Origin: an uncultured Bacteroidota bacterium
GTDB taxonomy: Bacteria > Bacteroidota > Bacteroidia > Bacteroidales > GCA-2748055
Length of the DNA stretch: 64,000 nt
Assembly: GCA_937129385.1 (NCBI GenBank)
Contig: CAKZNC010000220.1
Span: 32,483-96,482, forward strand
Direction of reading: 5' to 3'
A program made the position numbers and the translations under genes. The notes beneath the pieces were generated by a model. The model saw nothing but the letters and a program-made list of their open reading frames with translations, was not told where the DNA came from and ran no database searches. Shown here in pieces: positions 1 through 9,574 of the stretch. How positions within the stretch are numbered: position 1 is the stretch's first letter; every line of letters begins with the position of its first letter.

Positions 1-1
1 A

Positions 2-868
2 GATGGTTACCAGGGCAGAAGGTTTCGGAACCAGGCTTCATTCACCGATGCCCTGAAAGACACCTTGACAAAAAAAGAGGCTTCGAAATATGGTCGGAAA
101 ATCACCGAAGAGGCCTGGTCGTTTCGAACCAGGACACGACTGACACTGACCTTCCTGGACAGGAACAATGTTCAGACCGGAGGCATGTTCAGGGTGGCCG
201 GCATCTATGACATCAAGAACAAGATGTATGAATCAAGTCATGTTTTCGTCAAAAACTCTGATATCGGGCGTCTTACCGGACTTGGTAATGAAGCCTTCCA
301 TAAGGCAGTTATTCGTATCGGGGATATTGAGCAGACCAGGAATATTACCCGGCAGATCTCTGAAAATTTCCCCGACCTTGAAGTTCGCTCATGGAAGGAG
401 ATTTCTCCCGAAATGGCGATGATGAATGATATGGTGGAACAATTTTATATTGTTTTCATGATCATCATCCTCGCAGCTCTCGCCTTTGGTATCGTGAACA
501 CCATGCTCATGGTGGTACTGGAAAGAACCAAGGAGCTTGGTATGCTGACAGCCATCGGGATGAACAAGAAACGGGTATTCAGGATGATCATGACTGAGTC
601 GGTATTTCTCTCGCTGATCGGAGGTGTGACAGGTATGATCATCAGCTGGGGCATTATTGCGCTTACCTCAAGGAATGGGATCAATTTTGTCAAATACGGG
701 GAAGGATTTGAAGCCATGGGGTTTTCTGCCCACATCTATCCCGACATCAGCATCACCTTTTTCATCATTGTAACGATCCTGATCGTTGTTACCGGGATAC
801 TGTCTTCCATTTATCCGGCGCTCAAGGCCCTCCGGCTTGATCCCGCAGATGCACTCAGAACAGAATAA
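2..868 (+). CDS. ABC transporter permease, FtsX/MacB-LolE type (5' end outside window)
   Basis: The frame is open from base 2 into the listed ORF 65..868, so the gene starts upstream of the window. The C-terminal third has the FtsX pattern of hydrophobic helices (FYIVFMIIILAALAFGIVNTMLMVVLER, VFLSLIGGVTGMIISWGIIAL, FFIIVTILIVVTGILSSIYPALKALRLDPADALR). An ABC ATPase gene follows after 20 nt. Confidence 0.8.
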   Translation, partial: DGYQGRRFRNQASFTDALKDTLTKKEASKYGRKITEEAWSFRTRTRLTLTFLDRNNVQTGGMFRVAGIYDIKNKMYESSHVFVKNSDIGRLTGLGNEAFHKAVIRIGDIEQTRNITRQISENFPDLEVRSWKEISPEMAMMNDMVEQFYIVFMIIILAALAFGIVNTMLMVVLERTKELGMLTAIGMNKKRVFRMIMTESVFLSLIGGVTGMIISWGIIALTSRNGINFVKYGEGFEAMGFSAHIYPDISITFFIIVTILIVVTGILSSIYPALKALRLDPADALRTE

Positions 869-888
869 TAAATCATAAACTTACCAAT

Positions 889-1572
889 ATGAAAGTCCTG
901 GAAATAAAAGAAGTACATAAGATCTACAACAGCTCAGAAGTAAAGGTACATGCTGTGAATGGCATCTCCATTGATTTCGAGGAGGGAGAGTTTGCTGCCA
1001 TTGTAGGACCATCCGGCTCAGGAAAGACCACGCTGCTGAACATGATCGGGGGTCTGGACAATCCCACAGAAGGGAAGATCCTTGTCAATAATACAGACCT
1101 ATCCACCCTGAAGTCTTCAGACCTGATCGACTTCAGGATGAAAAATATCGGATTCGTATTTCAGTCCTATAACCTGATACCGGTACTCACTGCGAAAGAG
1201 AATGTTGAGTTCATCATGAACCTTCAAAAACGTTCCAAAAAGGAACGCAATGAAAGGACCATGGAGCTGCTGAACGCAGTTGGGCTGGGTGAAAGGGCGG
1301 AAAGCAGACCGGCTAAATTATCGGGCGGACAGCAACAGCGTGTTGCAGTTGCCAGGGCACTGGCCTCTAAACCAAAATTCATCCTCGCAGATGAACCCAC
1401 AGCCAATCTTGATTCTAAATCGACCGAAACGCTACTTGAAATCATGGAGGAGCTGAACCGGGAAGAGAAGATCACCTTTATATTCTCAACCCACGATAAC
1501 AGGGTTGTAAAAAAGGCAAGAAGGGTCGTAACGATCGAGGATGGCAAAGTAATATCAGATGAAACAAGATAG
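889..1572 (+). CDS. ABC transporter ATP-binding protein (LolD/MacB-like)
   Basis: Walker A GPSGSGKTT, ABC signature LSGGQQQRVAVARAL, Walker B FILADEPT and H-loop STHD. Tightly linked to the FtsX permease. Confidence 0.92.
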   Translation: MKVLEIKEVHKIYNSSEVKVHAVNGISIDFEEGEFAAIVGPSGSGKTTLLNMIGGLDNPTEGKILVNNTDLSTLKSSDLIDFRMKNIGFVFQSYNLIPVLTAKENVEFIMNLQKRSKKERNERTMELLNAVGLGERAESRPAKLSGGQQQRVAVARALASKPKFILADEPTANLDSKSTETLLEIMEELNREEKITFIFSTHDNRVVKKARRVVTIEDGKVISDETR

Positions 1573-1661
1573 CCCTTTTTACCAGGTCAACAGACCAGAT
1601 TCTACAGATGGAATTGTTGTTCACGCACCACCTATCAACATATTGCTACAAATTTAATTTA

Positions 1662-2831
1662 ATGATTCGCAACACATTAATATTAATTATTTTTACTTTT
1701 TGTTTAAATATCAATGCGCAACAAAAAGTGACGCTGGACGGTTACCTGAATGATATGCAGTCGGTCTACCACATGGAGCAGACCGGCTGGCTCTGGGAAA
1801 ACCAGCTGCACAACAGGCTGAATCTGAATATTTATCCTGCCGGATGGCTGAAGGTGTCGATACAGACCAGGACGCGTTTGATCCAGGGCAGTACGTATTC
1901 AACTTTTCCGGGTTATGCGGACATGATCGGAAGAGACCCCGGTTGGCTTGATCTCGCCTTTTCCGCACACGACAGTTACAATGACGACCTGGGATATATA
2001 ATCGCATCAAAGGTTGACCGGTTGTATGCAGAGTTTTCCGCTGGCAACTGGGTTGCAACGGTGGGACGGCAGAGGATCAACTGGGGACAGACGTTTGCCT
2101 GGAATCCTAATGACATTTTCAACAGCTACTCCTATTTTGATGTGGATTATCCGGAGCGGCCCGGGAGTGATGCGATCAGGATCCAATATTATACAGGTAT
2201 TGCATCGAATATTGAACTGGCCGCAAAAGCCGACAGTGCGGGTAAGGTCACCGGGGCGGGCTATTTCAGGTTCAATACGATGGGATATGATTTCCAGCTG
2301 CTCGGCGGCGTGCTCAGCGGGAGCGACCTTGTTTTGGGTACGGGTTGGAGCGGAAACATTGTGAACAGCTCCTTCAGGGGCGAATTGAGTTATTTCCGGA
2401 GCCTCGACAACTTTGCCGATACCAGCGGACAGCTGCTGGTATCGACGGGAATTGATCATACATTCTCTAACAGCCTCTGGATGCAGGCGGAGGTGCTCTA
2501 TTCGGGATTTGCCAGAGAACATGAGATTCAAAATTTCATGCAGATCCTGGGGTCGGATATGGATGTCAGGCAGATCGGCTTCACAAAATGGTCGGTTTTC
2601 ACAAGTCTCTCCTTCCCGGTCACCCCCCTGCTCAATGCATCACTAGCAGGCATCTGGTTCCCATCGTGGAAGGGCTATTATATAGGCCCCAGTGTCGATC
2701 TCTCACTCTCGAACAACATCTCTGCCTCCCTGATCTCCCAGTTATTTTCGGCCGAACAACCCAATCCGGTCGGGGAGAGGACCAGGCAAACCACCTGGGT
2801 TGGATATGCAAGGATAAAATGGAGCTTCTGA
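1662..2831 (+). CDS. hypothetical outer-membrane beta-barrel protein
   Basis: Start moved to the internal ATG at 1662, which gives a Sec signal peptide (MIRNTLILIIFTFCLNINAQQ). The sequence is aromatic- and Gly-rich and ends in ...ARIKWSF; a C-terminal Phe is typical of OM barrels. Family not recognised. Confidence 0.5.
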   Translation: MIRNTLILIIFTFCLNINAQQKVTLDGYLNDMQSVYHMEQTGWLWENQLHNRLNLNIYPAGWLKVSIQTRTRLIQGSTYSTFPGYADMIGRDPGWLDLAFSAHDSYNDDLGYIIASKVDRLYAEFSAGNWVATVGRQRINWGQTFAWNPNDIFNSYSYFDVDYPERPGSDAIRIQYYTGIASNIELAAKADSAGKVTGAGYFRFNTMGYDFQLLGGVLSGSDLVLGTGWSGNIVNSSFRGELSYFRSLDNFADTSGQLLVSTGIDHTFSNSLWMQAEVLYSGFAREHEIQNFMQILGSDMDVRQIGFTKWSVFTSLSFPVTPLLNASLAGIWFPSWKGYYIGPSVDLSLSNNISASLISQLFSAEQPNPVGERTRQTTWVGYARIKWSF

Positions 2832-2837
2832 CCCGGT

Positions 2838-2865
2838 TTTGCTTCTATAATTATTGATATATTTG
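2838..2865 (+). promoter_or_regulatory. Bacteroidetes-type promoter-like motif upstream of dtd
   Basis: tttg (2838..2841), a 16-nt spacer, then tatatttg (2858..2865), 27 nt before the dtd ATG. It fits the TTTG / TAnnTTTG consensus, but the spacer is shorter than the usual 19-21 nt. Confidence 0.25.
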
Positions 2866-2891
2866 GGTTTGAATCCCGAATCACAAGGAAA

Positions 2892-3344
2892 ATGAGAGCA
2901 GTTATTCAACGTGTCCGGAGAGCAGGTATTACCATCCATGGAGAAGAGCAAAAGGAGATGGCTTTCGGTGTAGTCGTCCTGCTGGGGATCGAACAGGACG
3001 ATCAGGAGGAGGACATTGAATGGCTGGCGGGAAAGATCATGCGGCTGCGCATATTTGATGACAATGACGGCAAGATGAATCTTTCCCTGCTGCAAACGGG
3101 AGGTGAGATCATGATCGTAAGTCAGTTCACCCTTCATGCCAGCACAAAGAAGGGGAACCGGCCATCATGGATCAGGGCCGCAGATCCAGGGTTCGCTGAA
3201 CCGATGTACGATCGATTTGTTCTAAAGGTAGCATCGTCTTCAGAAAACAGGGTGATTACCGGGAAATTTGGCGCAATGATGGAAGTTGAGATCATCAATG
3301 ACGGACCGGTAACTATCTTTATGGACACAAAAAGAAAAGAATAA
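2892..3344 (+). CDS. dtd: D-aminoacyl-tRNA deacylase
   Basis: 150 aa with N-terminus MRAVIQRV and the motif VSQFTLHASTKKGNRPSW (SQFTL...GxRPS), characteristic of Dtd. Confidence 0.9.
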   Translation: MRAVIQRVRRAGITIHGEEQKEMAFGVVVLLGIEQDDQEEDIEWLAGKIMRLRIFDDNDGKMNLSLLQTGGEIMIVSQFTLHASTKKGNRPSWIRAADPGFAEPMYDRFVLKVASSSENRVITGKFGAMMEVEIINDGPVTIFMDTKRKE

Positions 3345-3354
3345 ACCAGCAGCA

Positions 3355-3693
3355 ATGACAATCAGCCAGGCACAGACAGAGGTCGATCAATGGATTGAAA
3401 AATACGGAGTCAGATACTTCAGCGAACTTACGAACACGGCCTTATTAATGGAAGAAGTTGGTGAGCTTGCAAGGATCATGGCACGAAAATATGGTGAACA
3501 ATCGTTTAAGAAAAAGGAAGCCGGAAACAAGATCGGTGATGAAATGGCCGATGTACTATTCGTACTGATCTGCCTGGCAAACCAGACTGGGGTGAACCTG
3601 GAAGAGGCATTTCGGTACAACCTGGAGAAAAAAACGACCAGAGATGCGAAAAGACACCTTAACAATGATAAACTGAAAAAGAACCCTTCATGA
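3355..3693 (+). CDS. MazG-like nucleotide pyrophosphohydrolase
   Basis: 112 aa all-helical protein with the paired acidic motifs LMEEVGELARI and GDEMADVLFVLICLAN typical of small MazG/NTP-PPase proteins. Confidence 0.8.
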   Translation: MTISQAQTEVDQWIEKYGVRYFSELTNTALLMEEVGELARIMARKYGEQSFKKKEAGNKIGDEMADVLFVLICLANQTGVNLEEAFRYNLEKKTTRDAKRHLNNDKLKKNPS

Positions 3694-4565
3694 AACATTT
3701 TGCAGAATTTCAATATGATGTTGACGACAATTCAGTGAAAGACCTTCTTGAAAAATCGAAGTCCGGATCACCTGCATCGGCAGATGAAGAGACGCTGTCA
3801 TTCCTTTTCAGTTTGCTCGACCTCACCTCCCTGAGCGAAAAAGACCATTCAGGTAAGATCAGTAAGATGTGCGACAAACTGAACATGCTCACCGAGAGTT
3901 ACCCCGATCTCCCATCACCAGCTGCGATCTGTGTATATCCCGAATTCGTTCCAATCGCCAAAGCTAAGCTGAACAATCCTTTGGTAAATATTGCTTCTGT
4001 AGGAGCCGGTTTTCCCTCCTCGCAAACCTTCTTTGAAGTCAAACTACTGGAAGTGGAAATGGCGGTGGAAGCAGGGGCAGATGAAATTGATGTTGTAATG
4101 CCGGTAGGGAAATTCCAGGCCGACCTGACCGAGGAGGTTTTTGAAGAGATACGAAAACTCAAAGAGACACTGGGACCATTACATCTTAAAGTAATCCTGG
4201 AAACCGGGTCCCTGAATGACCTTTCAGAGGTTAGAAAAGCTTCCCTCCTGGCCATGGATGCTGGTGCAGATTTTATAAAAACATCAACGGGCAAGGCCGG
4301 CTCCGGGGCTTCCCCCGATTCATTTGCCGTAATGTGCCTGGCGGTAAAGGATTTCTATGAGAAGACTGGGAAAAAGGTCGGAATCAAGCCGGCAGGAGGA
4401 ATATCAACCCCCGGGGATGCACATCTGTTCCTGGGCATTGTTAAGCATATTCTTGGAGATGACTGGCTGAATCCGGAGAAGTTCAGAATAGGCGCCAGCA
4501 GGCTTGCCAACCACCTGATCAGGGATATTTTCAAAAAAGATGAGAATTTTTCCTATTTTGATTAG
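3690..4565 (+). CDS. deoC: deoxyribose-phosphate aldolase
   Basis: DeoC pattern: ADEIDVVMPVG, LKVILETG, and the Schiff-base lysine context ADFIKTSTGK. The start overlaps the previous stop (ATGA). Confidence 0.85.
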   Translation: MKHFAEFQYDVDDNSVKDLLEKSKSGSPASADEETLSFLFSLLDLTSLSEKDHSGKISKMCDKLNMLTESYPDLPSPAAICVYPEFVPIAKAKLNNPLVNIASVGAGFPSSQTFFEVKLLEVEMAVEAGADEIDVVMPVGKFQADLTEEVFEEIRKLKETLGPLHLKVILETGSLNDLSEVRKASLLAMDAGADFIKTSTGKAGSGASPDSFAVMCLAVKDFYEKTGKKVGIKPAGGISTPGDAHLFLGIVKHILGDDWLNPEKFRIGASRLANHLIRDIFKKDENFSYFD

Positions 4566-4752
4566 CAAATTTCAAATGCTTTACATATATTTGTTCATAG
4601 ATAAAAACGTTCTAAAACATATAAGGTATCTGGAAACAGATTCCTTTGACCGATAAGCGGTCCGATCTTCAAATTCCATTCTCATAGAGACGGGTTGAAT
4701 TCCATGGCTTTTTTTCTTCAACATTCGAAATCGGACCGCTTTTTCTTTGTAC

Positions 4753-6990
4753 CTACCTGAGCTTATACCGCAGGTAGTCCATCATCAGTGAAATTTCCTG
4801 CTTTTCGATACCCTGTTCAACCAGCAAGGGTGTATCATCCACCATGGTCTTTTGGAAATCCGGGAAGCTGAAGTTGTCAAATCTGTGGATCGACTCCCTG
4901 TAGTGATCGATCGCACGCTTCCGGTCCCCTGTGGCCCAATTCAAATGGCCATAGTTAACATAATCATAATAATTGGGGTCCTGTTCGAATACCTTTTTGT
5001 AATATTTTTCTGACTTCTGGTATTCACCAGTTGTAAAATAACACCAGGCAACAGGTCTTATGATATTGCGGTTTTCCGGCTCAAGGTATTCTATTTTAAA
5101 ATAGTGCTTAAGCGCCACCTCGTAATTTTCCAGCTTGAGGTTACAAAACCCGATCAGTGACTCTGTTTTGATATCATCCGGTGTCTCCTCTGCAATTTTC
5201 TGATAGACCTCGAGTGCTTCTCCGAATGCTTCCTTCTTACGGTAACAATACCCCAGGTTCTTCAGCACCCAGGTAGCGGAACCCCCTGCCAGGTCGAGTT
5301 TTTTATAAAATGCGATTGCCCTGTCCCACTCATCCATCTTCTGGTAACAGAATCCTGCTTTCTCGGTCAGCTCGGTATTCACCGGGTCTTTTTCAAGCAA
5401 CATCGTAAACAGATCCAGTGCCTGCTCATAATATTCCTTTTCGAAAAAGTACTCTGCAATATTCCTGAAGATCCCGGTATCCCCCACCAATTTCCTGAAA
5501 AACCAGGTCTCATAGATATTCAGCTTACCGGCAAAGACGTCCTCAAATTCATTTTTGAATGGAGAAAGCTTGAAAAACCGGTACAGGTCCTGGATATACT
5601 GAACGAATACGATCCGCCTGGCAAAGTCAGGGCTCATCAGCTCCTCATCTGAAACCATTTCCGACAGATTTTCCATCTCCATTGTAAATGCCGTAGTCAG
5701 CATTTTTTTCTGCTCTTCAGGGAGGAACCGCACATTAAAGATGAAGCTGTATTTATCGGAATTGCAGAGAAACGGCATCTTCTTGAGTCCGGAAATGAAT
5801 ACTCCCGGATTAAAAGTTTCAGATTCCTGTTCATAAATCTCCTTCAGGTCCGGGTTCTCCTTGTAGAAAGGCACCAGCCAATTGGTCAGTTCATTGAAAA
5901 ACGGAAACTGCTTCAAACGGGCAAAGGTTGTCATGTATACATCTGCGCCCTCCATTTGAAGCTTCATGAATTCATCCACCTTTTTATATAGTTCATCCGA
6001 CTCACGAAATACACTTTCCCAGTCAGGATTTTTATCTCCAAGCTCATCCTCCTCCTTGAGATCTTCCATTTTCAACTTGTCTTCAAGTTTGGGTTTAAGC
6101 TTTGATATCTCCGGTATGATGTCTTCATGCAATTTTTTTCCCAATGCAAGGGTGTCTTCGGTCCTGATCAATTGCAGCACGATCTGTTCCAATATCTTAT
6201 CCAGATCGAGCGAATCTTTCAACAGTTCAAGCCTGCTGATCACTGAGGGATAAAGGTAGAGCCTGCTATCGTATGTATAGAGCAGAATCACCAGGCCCAC
6301 AAGCGCCCTTCCAGATACCTGCTGGTCCCCGATCTCCGTAAAATCTATGATCCTGTGTATTTTTTCCTCATCGAAATGGCGAAGTGCACTCAAGAGTATG
6401 GCACTCACCTGCTGAGCCTGTTCATACCAGGTAAAATCATTGCAGGTGATGAGGGAGCGCACCAGGCTGTTCTCTGCTTCTCCATATTCGTTGGTCAGCC
6501 ACAGGTGCTTGAATATCTCCATGATCAGTTCTCTCCTCTTCAGGTCTGTCGTTGAGGGTGACGTCTTGTCTTCATTGATGATGTCATCAAGTTCCGTTCG
6601 AAAGGCAAGATCATCCAGGCTCTCAATAACGCCTTTACCGGTTAGCTTTTGTGATTTTTCCAGCTCCTCCTGGAGTGTCAGTGTGAGCCAGCCGGAGTGC
6701 TTTTTTAAGAGCTTTGCCCTGACACGGTCGGCCAGTTGAAGAATCGAAACCTGTAATTTCATATAGATCCTTTCCCGTTCCGGATCATGCACCCCCTCCA
6801 GGGTGTATTTCAGCATTTGTTCATAGGTCGACTCCAGGTGTTCCTGCTGTACAAAATAATCGTTAAAGCCAGCCTCAGAAATAAGTTCTTTCAGGAGGTC
6901 CAGCGCATCTTTGATCTTTCGTGCATGCAGGTAGGAAGAGAGTTGATTGTATCGGGAATTTATCTTTTTAACAGTGATCATATCAGCCAT
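4753..6990 (-). CDS. tetratricopeptide-repeat protein, function unknown
   Basis: 745 aa. The C-terminal ~250 aa carry several TPR-like 34-aa units (e.g. YEQALDLFTMLLEKDPVNTELTEKAGFCYQKMDEWDRAIAFYKKL, FGEALEVYQKIAEETPDD, YQKSEKYYKKVFEQDPNYYD). No signal peptide. Confidence 0.7.
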   Translation of the reverse strand: MADMITVKKINSRYNQLSSYLHARKIKDALDLLKELISEAGFNDYFVQQEHLESTYEQMLKYTLEGVHDPERERIYMKLQVSILQLADRVRAKLLKKHSGWLTLTLQEELEKSQKLTGKGVIESLDDLAFRTELDDIINEDKTSPSTTDLKRRELIMEIFKHLWLTNEYGEAENSLVRSLITCNDFTWYEQAQQVSAILLSALRHFDEEKIHRIIDFTEIGDQQVSGRALVGLVILLYTYDSRLYLYPSVISRLELLKDSLDLDKILEQIVLQLIRTEDTLALGKKLHEDIIPEISKLKPKLEDKLKMEDLKEEDELGDKNPDWESVFRESDELYKKVDEFMKLQMEGADVYMTTFARLKQFPFFNELTNWLVPFYKENPDLKEIYEQESETFNPGVFISGLKKMPFLCNSDKYSFIFNVRFLPEEQKKMLTTAFTMEMENLSEMVSDEELMSPDFARRIVFVQYIQDLYRFFKLSPFKNEFEDVFAGKLNIYETWFFRKLVGDTGIFRNIAEYFFEKEYYEQALDLFTMLLEKDPVNTELTEKAGFCYQKMDEWDRAIAFYKKLDLAGGSATWVLKNLGYCYRKKEAFGEALEVYQKIAEETPDDIKTESLIGFCNLKLENYEVALKHYFKIEYLEPENRNIIRPVAWCYFTTGEYQKSEKYYKKVFEQDPNYYDYVNYGHLNWATGDRKRAIDHYRESIHRFDNFSFPDFQKTMVDDTPLLVEQGIEKQEISLMMDYLRYKLR

Positions 6991-7141
6991 TTATAAAAAT
7001 GCTCCAAATATCAAGCCATCAAAAAAACCAGGACATTCTGTCAGGAACGGCGCGCAAACGCCCCCTGCACATATGAATCGGGCAATTCCGGCATTCATGA
7101 ACAAGCAACGAAACGGCTCCCGGAACAGGGAACCAGACAGG

Positions 7142-7567
7142 TCAGTATGTCAATACCTTGTAGTCGCTCTTCAAATATCCGGTGAGCGCTGTACCCATTC
7201 CTTTTACATCAATGCCAAGCTCCCTTAATTCTTCGGTGACACCCAGCATATTGCTGCAGGCCACACAAGCTTCGAGTACAACGCCATCCTCCTGCATGCT
7301 GAGCACCTTCTCCCTGATTACCTCATCTTCTGCGGCGAGTCTTGCAGACGGACCCCATATGATGAGGATCACCTCGCTGAACCATCCATACTTTTTTGCG
7401 GCATGGGTATACATCAGGCAGGATTTCTCTGCAACATCGCGATCACCGCTTACCCACAGCACCACCAGGGTGTCGGATGGATTGGTTAATGTATGTGCTT
7501 TTGTCTCAATATTCATCAACAGGAGAATTGGAATGAAGCCCAGCAGGAACTTTCTTGAAATCATCAT
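7142..7567 (-). CDS. DsrE/DsrF-like family protein with N-terminal signal peptide
   Basis: 141 aa. Sec-type leader MMISRKFLLGFIPILLLMNIETKA. The core LVVLWVSGDRDVAE...ILIIWGPSARL...LEACVACSNMLG resembles the DsrE-like sulfur-relay fold. Confidence 0.6.
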   Translation of the reverse strand: MMISRKFLLGFIPILLLMNIETKAHTLTNPSDTLVVLWVSGDRDVAEKSCLMYTHAAKKYGWFSEVILIIWGPSARLAAEDEVIREKVLSMQEDGVVLEACVACSNMLGVTEELRELGIDVKGMGTALTGYLKSDYKVLTY

Positions 7568-7712
7568 ATTTCAAATTTAATAATAATTTGTATTCTGAAT
7601 ACTCGTCCAATCATGACTGCGTATTGACTGTATGCTCCGAAGAGACGGAATTTCACAGGCGAATGGTTGAGCAAAAATGGAGGTTTGGACCACCTTTGAA
7701 TCCTGTCTGCTT

Positions 7713-8156
7713 CTAACGTTCCCTGTATAAAGGTAATACGATATATGTATACACCCAGCAACCGGCACAAAAATTAATGCCGCATTCCAGGAATGCAAAC
7801 AATGCAAGTACTCCGGCTGTTCCGATTGCCGCTGAAGTCAGCCCGGTAATGGTCAGTGAAAATATAAGTATCGAAAAGAGGAGGCCCACCCGGGCTGCAA
7901 ATATCTTGGGGGCCCGGTCGATCCAGTGGGGTTTCAGTTTAAAACTGCGAGACATACCGGCAGCGACCCAGCTCAGCGGACTGTATTTCGATTTTGTAAA
8001 TGCCCTGATATAAAAATCAAATGCAAGGTAAAGCGGAATCAACGGGTTTGGAAAGGCCATAAAGAGTCCGGTTAACAGGATCACCCAGAAGGCCGTGATC
8101 CTCACAACATTTTCATTCGCTCTCTCTGATGATACGGGACATATGATATTCTTCAT
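7713..8156 (-). CDS. DUF4395-like integral membrane protein
   Basis: 147 aa with four predicted helices and a C-terminal ECGINFCAGCWVY cysteine motif. The pattern recalls the DUF4395 family; identified from memory only. Confidence 0.5.
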   Translation of the reverse strand: MKNIICPVSSERANENVVRITAFWVILLTGLFMAFPNPLIPLYLAFDFYIRAFTKSKYSPLSWVAAGMSRSFKLKPHWIDRAPKIFAARVGLLFSILIFSLTITGLTSAAIGTAGVLALFAFLECGINFCAGCWVYTYIVLPLYRER

Positions 8157-8473
8157 TCTGTGTTCCTGTTTGTTCTTTCGACGTCAGTTGATGCTATTCC
8201 TTACAACCGCGAAAGAAGTGATAAAACAAAAAACACTGCAGTCATTTAACATTTATAACATTTGCATATTGTACAGTTCAGATACAGACTTACCCGGGAT
8301 CAGGCTACTTCCGGGATTGTATCCCCCTGGTCTCTTTACCGGCTGATGAACAATTCCGGCTCCTCCCTGCAAGGAGATCTTCATTCAACTATGAAATTTG
8401 GCGCGGAAGTCCTATTTTTAAACTGAATTTATCCTGGGGGATCCGGGATGCCGATCTTCATAATGAACCATCT

Positions 8474-9490
8474 ATGTCATTGGAAAAAGACCCTGTCATT
8501 TCAGTTGTATTGCCATTCCGAAACGCCTCCGGCACCCTGGAAAGAGCTGTATTCAGTATCCTGGGTCAATCCTTTCCCGATTTCGAACTGATCCTGGTTG
8601 ACAATCATTCTTCAGACAGTTCATCTGAACTTGCTGCACATCTGAAAACGAAAGATGGGAGGATCCGGCTAATGTCTGAATCGAAAGAGGGTGTCGTCCC
8701 GGCTACACTCAGGGGCGTTTCGGCTTCCCGCGGAAAATACATCTGCAGGATGGATGCCGATGATGAGGCCCTGCCGTTGAAACTCAAGCAACAGTTCGAT
8801 TACCTGGAACAGCATGATGATGCGGGTGCTGTGGGCGGACTTGTGGATTATGTACCACATTCCGAAGAGACAGGAGGATTTGAAAGATTCGTGGAGTGGA
8901 ACAATGAACTGCAATCCTTCGAAGATATTTACCTCAACCGGTTCATCGAGATCCCCGTGATCAATCCTACCCTCATGTGGCGGAGGGAGACCATGGAAAA
9001 GTATGGCCTTTACCGCGAAGGGGATTTCCCGGAAGACTATGAGATGGTGCTAAGATGGCTGGAAGCAGGGGTAAGGATCGGGAAGGTAGCCTGGACCGTT
9101 TTGAAGTGGTATGATTCAGATGAACGGCTGACCCGGACCGATCCCCATTACAGTGAAAATGCCTTCTACAAAATCAAAAGCAGGTACCTTGCCAGGTGGC
9201 TGGAGAAACACAACCCTCATCATCCGACAGTCTCCGTCTGGGGAGCCAGCCGGATCTCCCGGAGAAGGGCAAGATTCCTGGAGGAGGAGGGTGTTGAAAC
9301 CGGTTCCTATATAGATACGCGGAAGAACCGGCAAATCGGATACGAGCTGATATATTATAAAGACCTTCCTTCTGTGGGGAGCATGTTTATCCTCTCCTAC
9401 ATCCGCCAGATGGATAACCGGGACCGGATCCGGGAATATTTAACCAGCAAGGGCTACAGGGAGGGCAAGGATTTTTTAATGGTATCCTGA
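8474..9490 (+). CDS. glycosyltransferase family 2
   Basis: The N-terminus ISVVLPFRNASGTLERAVFSILGQSFPDFELILVDNHSSD and the downstream MDADDE (DxD) are the GT2 signature. Confidence 0.8.
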   Translation: MSLEKDPVISVVLPFRNASGTLERAVFSILGQSFPDFELILVDNHSSDSSSELAAHLKTKDGRIRLMSESKEGVVPATLRGVSASRGKYICRMDADDEALPLKLKQQFDYLEQHDDAGAVGGLVDYVPHSEETGGFERFVEWNNELQSFEDIYLNRFIEIPVINPTLMWRRETMEKYGLYREGDFPEDYEMVLRWLEAGVRIGKVAWTVLKWYDSDERLTRTDPHYSENAFYKIKSRYLARWLEKHNPHHPTVSVWGASRISRRRARFLEEEGVETGSYIDTRKNRQIGYELIYYKDLPSVGSMFILSYIRQMDNRDRIREYLTSKGYREGKDFLMVS

Positions 9491-9500
9491 ACAGAACGCC

Positions 9501-9527
9501 GGTTGCCGGGGAAGATCCCCGGCAACC
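9501..9527. terminator. perfect 11-bp hairpin between convergent genes
   Basis: ggttgccgggg-aagat-ccccggcaacc. It lies 11 nt after the GT2 stop and 48 nt after the stop of the minus-strand gene. There is no clean T-run on either side. Confidence 0.5.
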
Positions 9528-9574
9528 TGGTATAATTCTATATCAACCTGTGCTGTCAGACAGCAGAATTCAGG

